A DNA stretch of 64,000 bases from an uncultured Pirellulaceae bacterium (GTDB lineage: Bacteria > Planctomycetota > Planctomycetia > Pirellulales > Pirellulaceae): NCBI GenBank assembly GCA_964584615.1, contig CAZPBE010000030.1:3594-67593 (forward strand), given 5' to 3'. The notes beneath the pieces were generated by a model, which did not search any database, had not been told where the DNA came from, and was given only the letters and a program-made list of their open reading frames with translations. A program made the position numbers and the translations under genes. Below, piece after piece: positions 54,828 through 64,000 of the stretch (within the stretch, counting starts at the first letter, position 1; each line of letters begins with the position of its first letter).

Positions 54828-56213
54828 ATGAGCGAACAACCTGTCGTCGTGAATAAGATTTCCTGGGCCGACCTTTGCCCTTGGACCATCATCTTTCGAA
54901 CGTTGCCGATTGCGGCCAGTATTACCGTTTTGTCGTTGGCTCTCCTGGGAGTCGTGTTAACACCGGCCGGTTGGTGGTTAAGCGATCGGGTGTTCCTCAA
55001 CGATGAACTTCGGGCCGATATTGAACTGATGGACATCGTCGAGTCCAACACCAGTCCTTACCGCGGCGTCTTTATGATGGCGAACGAAAAGCAGAATACG
55101 ATCGAAGTCATGGGGATGCAGTTGAGCGGGCCGCGCGCCGTGTTCAACCAAATCAGTCGACCGTTTTCGTACTTGTTCAGCAATGGCGGATCGACTGGGC
55201 GAAAGATGGACGGGACAACGGCGACCAACTCGCGTTGGGGCTCTCGTGTCTTCTGGTATTTTTTACTTGGTTGCGTCTGGTCTGTTTTCGTTTGGAGTTT
55301 TGTAGGTGTTGCCATTACGCGAGTCTGTTTGCTTAAGCTTACGCGCAGCGAACAAGCAGGTCTCGACGATGCGTTTGAGTACGCCATCGACCATTCTTTG
55401 ACCAGCGCTGGCGCGATCGGCGTTCCACTGTTGGCCGTCGCTGGGCTTTGCATACCGGCGTTTTTGTTTGGGCTCTTGATGACGTTTGATTTTGGTGTCG
55501 CGGTGGCCGGTATCTTGTGGGTCGTGGTCTTGGCGTTGAGTGCCGTCATGGCAATTTTGCTTGCCGGTTTGATGTTTGGCTGGCCGTTAATTGTTGCCAG
55601 CGTGGGCGCCGAAGGACAGAACTCATTTGACGCAATGACACGCGCTTACGCTTATACGTTTCAGCGGCCATTGCATTACTTGGGCTATATGGTCGTCGCG
55701 ATGATCTTCGGCGGATTGTGTTGGTTTGTGGTGATGCAACTGAGTCACGGGATTTTGAACCTCAGCTATTGGGCGACTTCCTGGGGCTCCAACCTTGCCA
55801 GTTCCAGCGAAGTATCGAGAATGGAGGTCATTCAGGGAGTTGCGCAGCCGATGGCCAACGGTGCTATTGTTGAGCCGACGTCGTCGCTTCAGTTTGGACA
55901 AAAATGGATTGGATTCTGGAACGGGTTTGTCCGAACCATCGCGGCATCATTTATCTACGGGCTGTTTTGGTGCATGGCGGCGGCGATCTACCTGTTGTTG
56001 AGAAAAGACGTAGACGATACAGAAATGGATGAAGTTTTTATTGTCGATGAAAAACGAACTTATGAACTTCCTCCGTTGAAGTCCGATGAGCAAGGAATTC
56101 CTCAGGTTCAAACACCGACGCCGGTTGCCGAGAAAACCGTCGTTGATTCAGATGCCGACAGTTCGTCGTCCGATACTATTGTCGACGACAAAGATGGCAA
56201 GCGATTCAAGTAG
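54828..56213 (+). CDS. Polytopic membrane protein, function unknown
   Basis: 461 aa with at least 7 hydrophobic helices and an acidic C-terminal tail. No family is recognised. Confidence 0.65.
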   Translation: MSEQPVVVNKISWADLCPWTIIFRTLPIAASITVLSLALLGVVLTPAGWWLSDRVFLNDELRADIELMDIVESNTSPYRGVFMMANEKQNTIEVMGMQLSGPRAVFNQISRPFSYLFSNGGSTGRKMDGTTATNSRWGSRVFWYFLLGCVWSVFVWSFVGVAITRVCLLKLTRSEQAGLDDAFEYAIDHSLTSAGAIGVPLLAVAGLCIPAFLFGLLMTFDFGVAVAGILWVVVLALSAVMAILLAGLMFGWPLIVASVGAEGQNSFDAMTRAYAYTFQRPLHYLGYMVVAMIFGGLCWFVVMQLSHGILNLSYWATSWGSNLASSSEVSRMEVIQGVAQPMANGAIVEPTSSLQFGQKWIGFWNGFVRTIAASFIYGLFWCMAAAIYLLLRKDVDDTEMDEVFIVDEKRTYELPPLKSDEQGIPQVQTPTPVAEKTVVDSDADSSSSDTIVDDKDGKRFK

Positions 56214-56283
56214 GCGAACGTTGTCACTCGGATTCTTCGATCGTTGAATCCTCATTTGGTAATGCAACAGCAGGAAACAATCG

Positions 56284-57636
56284 ATGAGCCATCTAAATCT
56301 GATCAGCCTACTTGGCATTTTCGTAATGCTGTTTCTCGCGTGGCTTCTCAGTTCACATAAACGCAAAGTCAATTGGCGTTTGGTGACGATGGGTTTGTTG
56401 CTGCAATTGGTTCTGGCCGCCGTCTTTTTTCAATCACAGAACTGGACTTTCGGAGGAAAGTTTGAAAAAGGGATTTTGTTTTGGGCGGTCGATGGATTCT
56501 TTCAATCCATTTTGTCCTACGTTAGCGAAGGCTCTGGATTCGTCTTCAACATCAACAATCCCAACTTTGCCAACATCCGCGAATCGTTGCTTGGAACATT
56601 TGCGTTTGGTGTTTTGCCCACGGTGATTTTCTTTGCCGCACTGATGTCGATTCTTTATCACATTGGAGTCATGCAATGGTTAATCCGCGGCATGGCGTGG
56701 TTGATGCAGAAGACGCTTGGCACGACTGCGGCGGAAAGTCTCGCGGCCGCCGCCAACGTGCTGGTCGGTCACACCGAAGCTCCGCTGGTGATCAAGCCCT
56801 TCGTTGGGTTGATGACCCGAAGCGAGCTAAATGCGTTGATGGTCGGCGGATTCGCCACAATCAGCGGAAGCCTGATGGCAATTTTTGTCGCCGAAGGAAT
56901 CAGCGCCGGGCACTTGCTAACGGCTTCAATTATTTCCGCGCCCGCTGCCTTGATCGTCGCGAAAATTCTTCAACCCGAAACTGAGAAACCCGTTGACGTC
57001 ACCAAAGCCACAGCCGACCTTGAGAAACCAGCCAGCAACATCATCGAAGCCGCTGCCATTGGAGCCAGTGACGGAATGAAATTGGCGATCAACATCGCCG
57101 CAATGCTCATCGCATTTTTAGCTTTGATCGCGATGATCGATGCGTTGGTTCACTGGACCGGTGAGTTGGTCCAGATGATCGTAAACCTGTTTTTGTCCGA
57201 AGGAAATTTCGTTGATTTCGATTGGTCGCTCAACCAGATTTTTTCTTTGCTGTTTTATCCATTGGCGTGGCTGATGGGAATCGAGTCTGCCGACTGTTCG
57301 ATCTCCGGACAATTGCTTGGCAAGAAAATGGTGGTCAACGAATTTGTTGCTTACCTTGATTTGGGTAGCGTTCTCAATGGCAATGTGACTGAAGTCGTTG
57401 GAGGGCAGGAATCGGTTGTGCAAATCTCAGAGCGAACCAAAGTTATTTTGACTTATGCGTTGTGCGGGTTCTCTAACTTTGGCGCGATCGGAATTCAGAT
57501 CGGCGGAATCGGCCCGTTAGCTCCCGAGCGGCGCGGCGACTTGGCCCAGCTTGGTTTGAGAGCGATGTTCGGTGGGATGTTGGCTTGCTGTATGACGGCT
57601 TGTATGGCCGGATTGATGTACGGGATTTTGAAGTAA
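56284..57636 (+). CDS. nupC: NupC/CNT-family concentrative nucleoside transporter
   Basis: 450 aa. The N-terminus LISLLGIFVMLFLAWLLSSHKRKVNWR and the segments GSGFVF, VGHTEAPL, MVGGFATISGS and CGFSNFGAIGIQIGG are typical of CNT transporters. Confidence 0.9.
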   Translation: MSHLNLISLLGIFVMLFLAWLLSSHKRKVNWRLVTMGLLLQLVLAAVFFQSQNWTFGGKFEKGILFWAVDGFFQSILSYVSEGSGFVFNINNPNFANIRESLLGTFAFGVLPTVIFFAALMSILYHIGVMQWLIRGMAWLMQKTLGTTAAESLAAAANVLVGHTEAPLVIKPFVGLMTRSELNALMVGGFATISGSLMAIFVAEGISAGHLLTASIISAPAALIVAKILQPETEKPVDVTKATADLEKPASNIIEAAAIGASDGMKLAINIAAMLIAFLALIAMIDALVHWTGELVQMIVNLFLSEGNFVDFDWSLNQIFSLLFYPLAWLMGIESADCSISGQLLGKKMVVNEFVAYLDLGSVLNGNVTEVVGGQESVVQISERTKVILTYALCGFSNFGAIGIQIGGIGPLAPERRGDLAQLGLRAMFGGMLACCMTACMAGLMYGILK

Positions 57637-57818
57637 GTTGTTTGCTGATTTACATCGCAGCCAGAACGCCAATTTCCAGCCTCCAACCATTCCCAACAAT
57701 CGATACAACCAAATCAACTTCCTGACCCAGATCGGCGAACACAAAGTGTTCTCGGGCGAACTCATCGGCTTCAAGCTAAATTTTCGCAACGTACCTTTAC
57801 CCAACATGTGTGCACGCG

Positions 57819-58784
57819 ATGAAAACTGACAAAGAAGAGATTGCCAAAAACTCGTTTCCGATTCTGTTTTTCTGTTTCGGAGTGTTCGGCCTCCCCGCTG
57901 CTGCATCCGTCTATTTTGGCGACTATGTTTTGGCGGGAGTATTGATCGCGGTCGGCGTCGGTTGCTTGATCGGATTCCGAACAGGAGCTCTCAAAGCAGT
58001 CTCATCAATCGCACTGATCGTCGCCGCAATCTACTTTTCGCCGCAGTTGCTTCCGTATGTGGAGCCCAAACTCAACGAGTGGTTTGAGTTTTCCGGACTG
58101 TGGAATCGAATTGCGGCGTTCGTTGCGATCTTCTTTGGAATCGGCTTATTACTGACGATCACTGTTTCATTGTTGACTTGGATGTTCCTGGAAAAAGAGT
58201 CAACGCTGGATCGATCGAATAAATTTCTTGGCATGATGATCGGCGGTGCCGAGGCAACCCTCGCGGCTGTATTGTTGTTGGGCGGAATTCAAGTTGTCGA
58301 GCCGATGCTCAAACCAGCTCAACCTAAAAAAGCCGATGCGGCGTTTGCAAACTTGTCGGATATCACCTTCGACACCCTTGCTGACGTTTCCGAGAGAACT
58401 AAAACAAGTCTCGTCGGTCCGATTTTAGAGGAACACAATCCGTTTACGAAGTATCCGGAATACAATCCGCTGCCAAAAGTTAAAAGGACGGTCCAGCTAC
58501 TCAGCGATCCAAGTCGCATTAACGACTTGTTGAACGAAGACGGTACGCTAGAGAATATTCAAGCCAGTCCAGCGTTTGCTGAGGCGGTGAACAAGTTGAG
58601 CCTGGATCCCGCCATGCAAAAAATTCTCAGCTCAAACAAACCGCCTAGTCTGAATGACATTATCGAATTGATGAAAAGCGAATCCGTTTTGGAAATTCTT
58701 GATGAGCCGGGCTTTATGGAAGAAGCCACGAGAATCTTTAACGAGTCACCAGTGTTAGCGGATGAATTGTCGGCAGCGAGGTAG
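57819..58784 (+). CDS. Membrane protein, CvpA-like N-terminal domain with a soluble C-terminal extension
   Basis: Four N-terminal TM helices are arranged as in CvpA-family proteins. The family call is tentative. Confidence 0.45.
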   Translation: MKTDKEEIAKNSFPILFFCFGVFGLPAAASVYFGDYVLAGVLIAVGVGCLIGFRTGALKAVSSIALIVAAIYFSPQLLPYVEPKLNEWFEFSGLWNRIAAFVAIFFGIGLLLTITVSLLTWMFLEKESTLDRSNKFLGMMIGGAEATLAAVLLLGGIQVVEPMLKPAQPKKADAAFANLSDITFDTLADVSERTKTSLVGPILEEHNPFTKYPEYNPLPKVKRTVQLLSDPSRINDLLNEDGTLENIQASPAFAEAVNKLSLDPAMQKILSSNKPPSLNDIIELMKSESVLEILDEPGFMEEATRIFNESPVLADELSAAR

Positions 58785-58818
58785 TCGCTTCAATCCCGAT
58801 TGCTGTTAACATGAGTGC

Positions 58819-59634
58819 ATGTTACGACCAAGAAAAAAGTACAACGTCTACGATCTGCAACAGTTAAAAGGCAAGCGATGCCTGACGCACATCCACGTTA
58901 AGTCGCCTGAAGAAGCGGCTGCTGCCGAGGCCGCAGGTCTCGATTTGCTCAGCTGCAGCTACGATTCGGTGGAAGCACAGCTTCGATTGCCCAGGATTGT
59001 CGCAGCCGCGCCCAACAGTTTTATCTCATGTGCGACTCCGCATGGAATGTCGTCAGCGTCGGAGGCAATCAAAATCGCTTTTCAGGCGTTGGAAGCCGGC
59101 GCAAGTTCCGTTTATTGCTCGGCCAGTCCGACGATCATCAAAGCGATGGCAGACGAGCGAATTCCGGTTGTCGGTCACCTTGGCTTGGTTCCGCGACATG
59201 TGACTTGGACGGGCTATCGGGCCATTGGAAAGACAGCGGATGAAGCCGTCAAACTATATGAACAAATGAAACGTCTTGAAGACGCAGGTGCCTATGCGGC
59301 AGAGTTGGAAGTCGTGCCTCACCCGCTGGCGAGCTTTCTTGCCAAGCAAACGTCGATGCTCTTAATGTCGCTTGGCGCAGGCAGCGGATGTGACACGCAG
59401 TTTCTCTTTTCCTGCGACATCCTTGGCGACTACGATGAACGAATTCCACGCCACGCGAAAGCTTATCGAAATTTCAAAGCGGAGCTTGACCGGCTTCAAG
59501 AAGAGCGAGTCGCAGCCTTCAAGGAATATGTCGACGACGTAACCCAAGGTCGCTTTCCCGATTCTGGCAACACGATCGACATGTCCCCTGAGGTTCTGAA
59601 TGAAGTCATCGGACGGCTTGGGTTGGATCAATAA
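58819..59634 (+). CDS. PanB-like (3-methyl-2-oxobutanoate hydroxymethyltransferase family) protein, divergent
   Basis: IPVVGHLGLVPRHVTWTGYRAIGKT, AGAYAAELEVVP and LGAGSGCDTQFLF align with E. coli PanB (VPVCGHLGLTPQS..., LLVLECVP, IGIGAG...DGQ). The N-terminal GDSLGM and KIEGG motifs are not conserved. Confidence 0.55.
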   Translation: MLRPRKKYNVYDLQQLKGKRCLTHIHVKSPEEAAAAEAAGLDLLSCSYDSVEAQLRLPRIVAAAPNSFISCATPHGMSSASEAIKIAFQALEAGASSVYCSASPTIIKAMADERIPVVGHLGLVPRHVTWTGYRAIGKTADEAVKLYEQMKRLEDAGAYAAELEVVPHPLASFLAKQTSMLLMSLGAGSGCDTQFLFSCDILGDYDERIPRHAKAYRNFKAELDRLQEERVAAFKEYVDDVTQGRFPDSGNTIDMSPEVLNEVIGRLGLDQ

Positions 59635-59683
59635 CTTGATCAGTCATTAAACTTTAGGCGGGTTGCGAACCGTACTGACCGTA

Positions 59684-61588
59684 CTAAAACTCGCGCACTC
59701 GTGTTTTTACAATTCCTTGCGGCTGGTCCAGCACTTGCATTTCCGTGATCTTCCACGCGTTGTCTTTGAGTTGGACGGCAAACAGCGCGTCGTACTGATT
59801 CGTGCGTTCATGGATGTGGCCCCAATGTTCGATCTCACCGACCAGGTTCCATTTGGCCCTGACGGCGAATCCTGGTTCGGTCACTTCAAATGGCGTTTTC
59901 GGTTCAGTGATTTCGTCGCTAAGCAATTCAACTTTCTCAATTCGGGCAATGGCCCCGCCCTGCTCTTCCACTCGCAGGCTTTCATTGATGTCAAGATAAA
60001 GTTTCCGCAGCAACTCCCCGTCAACACTCCGATCCAGCGAGTCGTAAACGTCGCTTTCGTCGTGAAAGTCAAATGCACGAAACAGATTTTGATGTAGGCT
60101 GCTGAAAATTTGCTTGGCTTCTTCATCCTCAATCTGAAACTTGCTTGCGGTCGGAAGATAAAGATCCGTTTGGAAGTACGGTACCGTCACCACGCCCAGC
60201 AGAATCAAGAACCCGCCCAGCCCATTGGCAAGCAAACGGCTTTGCCCGATTTTCGGCAACACCAACATCATCAGCGTCGCTGTCGCCAACAGGATCGCAG
60301 AAACCCATGGGAAATTCGGCCAAGCCGGTTTCAAACTTTCAACGTCGATCGCCGAAGAGACTTCTGTGATTTCCGGCAGCGGCGGGCGACCGGGGCTGTC
60401 CCAGTTGTAAGTGTTGTTTTGCAAGAACTTTGAAAACTCTGTCTTCTTCACTTCGTCGTGTGCAAACACAACGGCATCAACACTGCGAATCACACTGTTA
60501 AAAGTATCCCAAGTGACTTTGACGTTTTCTGGCGTCGATTTGGCGGGGTAACGCATGATCACGCCGACACGTCCGCTGGCCATGCTGACTTTGCGACGTT
60601 CGGCCTTCATGGCAAAATCGCGCAGGTCGAGTCCGTAGAAATCGACGCTGTCGAAAATTGGTTGGACGGATTCGTCTTCGATTTGAACCGGGTTTCCCAA
60701 TGCAAAAAATGCTTCGATCTTTTTGCGGGCTTCATCCTGTTCTGGGATGTCAAGAAAACTCTCGTCTGCACGTTCAAATTCCATCATCGTCGAGAGCGTC
60801 GCCAACGGGATCAATACTTCGTTGCGCACTTCTCGGTCGGTGATGTAGATGAAAGCGTAGACGCTGCTGTAGCTTTCAATGCCAAGATTTTTTTTCCGTT
60901 GTTCATCTGCCCAGACTTTCCAATCCGCCTCCGACGCTTTCGAGTCCAGCATCGGGTTCTCCCAGTCAAACGAAAAAGTTTCTGGTGAATTGGGCTTCAG
61001 CATTTTTGCATACGGGATATCACTACCCGCTTGCTTGAGCAAAACTTTTAACTCTGACGGAAGCAGCGCTCCGTCGGCCACCATCTGTTGGTTGACCGTG
61101 ATAAACTCGGGAGGACTTTCACATTTGTATTCCATCACGTAGCCAATCGAGTAGTTCATCAGTTGACCCGACAGGATTCCTTCTTCGGGAATTTCGAAGT
61201 CAATGATCTCAGTGACTTTCCCTTCCATCGGATCGCCAGCCGAATCGAGAATCACGACTTTCTCCAGCAAGTACTTGGCATGATCTTTGGTTGCTTCACG
61301 CAGTTCATCGCTGTCGTATTTTCCGTCCTCGTAGGGTTCAACACCTTGCAACAATTCGAGGTCTTCGGCAAAGCACTTCAGCCGCATGGAGATCTTGAAC
61401 TTGCCAACGTAGATATCGGCTTCCACCACGGACACGGGATGTTCGGCGCCGGGAATAGATCTCAACCTTGCAGATTCGACCGCAGTGGGCCAAGACACGA
61501 AGCAAACGGTGGCGACGAGCACCATCAAAACGAGCGAAATTCGACTCGTCGCCAGCATTTGCGTTAGCGAAAAATTTTCAACCATCAC
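59684..61588 (-). CDS. Large membrane-anchored hypothetical protein (634 aa)
   Basis: An N-terminal TM/signal, a ~400-aa extracytoplasmic region, two central TM helices (aa ~440-490) and a ~140-aa C-terminal domain. No family is recognised with confidence. Confidence 0.65.
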   Translation of the reverse strand: MMVENFSLTQMLATSRISLVLMVLVATVCFVSWPTAVESARLRSIPGAEHPVSVVEADIYVGKFKISMRLKCFAEDLELLQGVEPYEDGKYDSDELREATKDHAKYLLEKVVILDSAGDPMEGKVTEIIDFEIPEEGILSGQLMNYSIGYVMEYKCESPPEFITVNQQMVADGALLPSELKVLLKQAGSDIPYAKMLKPNSPETFSFDWENPMLDSKASEADWKVWADEQRKKNLGIESYSSVYAFIYITDREVRNEVLIPLATLSTMMEFERADESFLDIPEQDEARKKIEAFFALGNPVQIEDESVQPIFDSVDFYGLDLRDFAMKAERRKVSMASGRVGVIMRYPAKSTPENVKVTWDTFNSVIRSVDAVVFAHDEVKKTEFSKFLQNNTYNWDSPGRPPLPEITEVSSAIDVESLKPAWPNFPWVSAILLATATLMMLVLPKIGQSRLLANGLGGFLILLGVVTVPYFQTDLYLPTASKFQIEDEEAKQIFSSLHQNLFRAFDFHDESDVYDSLDRSVDGELLRKLYLDINESLRVEEQGGAIARIEKVELLSDEITEPKTPFEVTEPGFAVRAKWNLVGEIEHWGHIHERTNQYDALFAVQLKDNAWKITEMQVLDQPQGIVKTRVREF

Positions 61589-61741
61589 GTGAACCCAATG
61601 TTTCTTTATTTATCCGACTGGTATCGACCAGTTGATTGGTGGCGGATCGCAAAACCGGATTGCGAAAACGCTGTATTTCTGTGACATTCTACCCTCCTGT
61701 TTCTTGCCGTCCACGCAGTAAAAACGCATCGTATCAATTTC

Positions 61742-63700
61742 ATGAACGCACTTTCAGAACTTAAAACCCGATTTGCTACCGGACTTAAACCATTGGTCGA
61801 TGATCCGACCGAGTTTCTGGGAATGATTCGCCCGGCGGGTGACGTCAAGTTTGGCGATTATCAAGCCAACTTCGCCATGTCGTTGGCGAAACGATTGGGC
61901 AAACCTCCACGCGATGTCGCTTCACAGGTCGCCGACTCGATGGCGCTGGATGATCTGTGCCAGAAAGTCGAAGTCGCTGGTCCGGGCTTCATCAATCTCA
62001 CGTTGGATGATGGCTGGCTGAAGACACGGCTTGCAACTGCGCTGGCTGATGAAAAACTGGGTGTCGAACCGACGGCCGATCCGCGCACCTTTGTTGTCGA
62101 CTTTTCTTCACCCAATGTCGCCAAGCCAATGCATGTGGGGCACATTCGCTCAACGGTAATCGGAGATGCGATTTCAAAGATCCTGGGTTTCGCCGGACAC
62201 AAAGTCGTTACCGACAATCATGTTGGCGACTGGGGCACGCAGTTCGGCATGATCATCTACGGTTACAAACACTTCCTCGATCCAAAAGCGTACGAAGCAG
62301 ACTCGGTTGCTGAGCTAGGGCGACTGTACAAATTCGTCCGTCAGCTGGTCGACTATCACGGCGCGAAATCGAAGGTTGATGATGCAACAAAGAAAGTAGA
62401 GGAATTGGCAAAACAGCTTGGCACCTTGAAAGAAAAACAAAGCGAAGCGACAGACAAAGCCGAAAAGAAAAAGATTAAGAAGGAAGTCTCAGCTGCGCAA
62501 AAACGGTTGGACAATCAAGACGAACAAGTGGCAGGATTGGATGAAAAGATTTCGGCGGTCGAATCCGATCCGGCGTTGTTGGAACTCGCCAACGCTCACA
62601 CCGAAATCGGTCAACAAGTTTTGCTTGAAACAGCCAAGCTTCATGAGGGTGATGAAGAGAACACGAAACTCTGGAACGAGTTTCTACCGTTCTGCTGGGA
62701 AGACATGCGAAAAATCTATCGCCGCCTGGATGTTAAGCACGATCATGAGTTGGGCGAAAGCTTTTATCATGAGATGCTGGGCGATGTCGTAACTGATTTC
62801 GAAGCCAAAGGTTTCGCTCGGACCAGCGATGGAGCCGTGTGTGTTTTCATGGACAACTACGAAACGCCCATGATCATCCGAAAAAAGGACGGAGCGTTTC
62901 TCTATTCGACAACCGATCTGGCAACGATCAAGTATCGAGTCGATCACTTTAAGGCCGACGCGTCCTTGTACGTTGTCGATCACCGTCAGCATGAACACTT
63001 CGAAAAACTTTTCGACGCAGCACGACTTTGGGGCGCCAACGATATCGAATTGACGCACGTCAGTTTTGGAACGGTGCTTGGTGAAGACGGTAAGCCATTC
63101 AAAACGCGTTCGGGTGATACCGTTGGATTGGCCGAGTTGCTTGACGAAGCCGAAAAACGTGCACTCGCCATTGCGGCTGAGCAGAATCCAGATTTATCTA
63201 AAGAGGCTCAACGCGAAATCGGTCGAGCCGTAGGAATTGGATCGCTCAAATATGCTGACCTCAGTCAAAACCGCAGTTCTGACTACAAGTTCAGTTACGA
63301 CAAAATGTTGGCATTGCGTGGCAACACGGCGGCTTATCTGCAATTTAGCTATGCTCGTGTGCAGGGGATCATTCGCAAGACAGGTGCCGATCTCGAAGCC
63401 GTTCGAGCAAAACCAGTTCCTTTTGAATTCGCTACCGATGTCGAACGCGAGCTGGCTGTGAAGTTGGCTCGTTTCGGTGAAGCGATCGACGAAGTGTTGA
63501 TCGAATACAAACCAAACTTACTTTGCAGTTATCTGTTTGAACTGACGCAGGTCTTTTTTCAGTTTTTGGAAAAGTGCAGCGTCAAAGACGCAGAAACCGA
63601 ATCGTTGAAGAAAAGCCGTTTGCAGTTTTGTGATCTGATGTCGCGGACTGTCAAAACAGGGTTGGGACTATTGGGCATTTCAGTGATCGATCAAATGTAG
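61742..63700 (+). CDS. argS: Arginine--tRNA ligase
   Basis: 652 aa. HIGH-type motif PMHVGHIRS, GDWGTQFGM, and the C-terminal anticodon-binding region. Collinear with E. coli ArgS except for a K/E-rich insertion. Confidence 0.95.
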   Translation: MNALSELKTRFATGLKPLVDDPTEFLGMIRPAGDVKFGDYQANFAMSLAKRLGKPPRDVASQVADSMALDDLCQKVEVAGPGFINLTLDDGWLKTRLATALADEKLGVEPTADPRTFVVDFSSPNVAKPMHVGHIRSTVIGDAISKILGFAGHKVVTDNHVGDWGTQFGMIIYGYKHFLDPKAYEADSVAELGRLYKFVRQLVDYHGAKSKVDDATKKVEELAKQLGTLKEKQSEATDKAEKKKIKKEVSAAQKRLDNQDEQVAGLDEKISAVESDPALLELANAHTEIGQQVLLETAKLHEGDEENTKLWNEFLPFCWEDMRKIYRRLDVKHDHELGESFYHEMLGDVVTDFEAKGFARTSDGAVCVFMDNYETPMIIRKKDGAFLYSTTDLATIKYRVDHFKADASLYVVDHRQHEHFEKLFDAARLWGANDIELTHVSFGTVLGEDGKPFKTRSGDTVGLAELLDEAEKRALAIAAEQNPDLSKEAQREIGRAVGIGSLKYADLSQNRSSDYKFSYDKMLALRGNTAAYLQFSYARVQGIIRKTGADLEAVRAKPVPFEFATDVERELAVKLARFGEAIDEVLIEYKPNLLCSYLFELTQVFFQFLEKCSVKDAETESLKKSRLQFCDLMSRTVKTGLGLLGISVIDQM

Positions 63701-63727
63701 GTCTATCGGTGGGGCGATCGCGCTATC

Positions 63728-64000
63728 ATGAGCAAAGATAAATTAGATCTTCCGCCACCCTTTCTCAAAGGCGTCTATCTGCGCGACGATTTCGATTTTG
63801 AAAAACGGGCCAGCGCGATTCCAGCAGAACGAATCGAAGAACCCAAGCCAGTTCCAACGGAAGACCATTCAACGAAAAGTACACTCTTCATGACCGATGA
63901 TGAGTTCATTGACTCGTTGACAACAATTGATCCAGAAGAAGAAACAGAAGTCGCCGCTGTTCCTGATGTAGAGCCTGATCCACCGTCGGATCTTTTACCA
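63728..64000 (+). CDS. Partial CDS (N-terminal 91 codons; runs off the window end): acidic hypothetical protein
   Basis: My own translation from ATG 63728 gives MSKDKLDLPPPFLKGVYLRDDFDFEKRASAIPAERIEEPKP... The frame is open to position 64000. Confidence 0.4.
   Translation, partial: MSKDKLDLPPPFLKGVYLRDDFDFEKRASAIPAERIEEPKPVPTEDHSTKSTLFMTDDEFIDSLTTIDPEEETEVAAVPDVEPDPPSDLLP

Overview
This window reads as a chromosomal, mostly housekeeping segment from a Planctomycetota genome of Pirellulaceae type. That assignment is inferred from gene content: a PSCyt1/DUF1549/DUF1553 + DUF1501 pair, DUF1080, an ECF sigma/Ser-Thr kinase pair, and LE-x-R-x-ML N-termini. About 50 protein genes, one tRNA-Glu(UUC) and roughly a dozen clear rho-independent terminators are supported. 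I saw no rRNA, CRISPR array, transposase, integrase or phage genes. Recognisable blocks: L-asparaginase; RsfS; CsrA; a partial Tad/Flp pilus locus (flp, cpaA, cpaB, cpaC, cpaE) directly downstream of a translationally coupled ECF sigma/Ser-Thr kinase pair; divergent GSII and GSI glutamine synthetases followed by nadC; pckA; ribD; an arginine/ornithine succinyltransferase-type cluster (M20 hydrolase, class-III aminotransferase, astA, astD); yacG; nupC; argS. I did not find an unambiguous new multi-gene system. The best candidates for undescribed biology are: (1) an orphan 1309-aa Rad50/SMC-type ATPase fused to two helix-hairpin-helix-like modules; (2) three tandem secreted paralogs sharing a conserved C-terminal module; (3) a secreted Cys/Pro-rich (CAPAPV)n repeat protein; (4) a shared LE-x-R-x-ML N-terminal motif, with no Sec signal, on two CBM-bearing proteins; (5) an AST-like cluster lacking astB and astE; (6) several intergenic 17-20 bp tandem direct repeats and one 98-bp inverted-repeat element. 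All family assignments come from motif recognition by eye. No database search was run.
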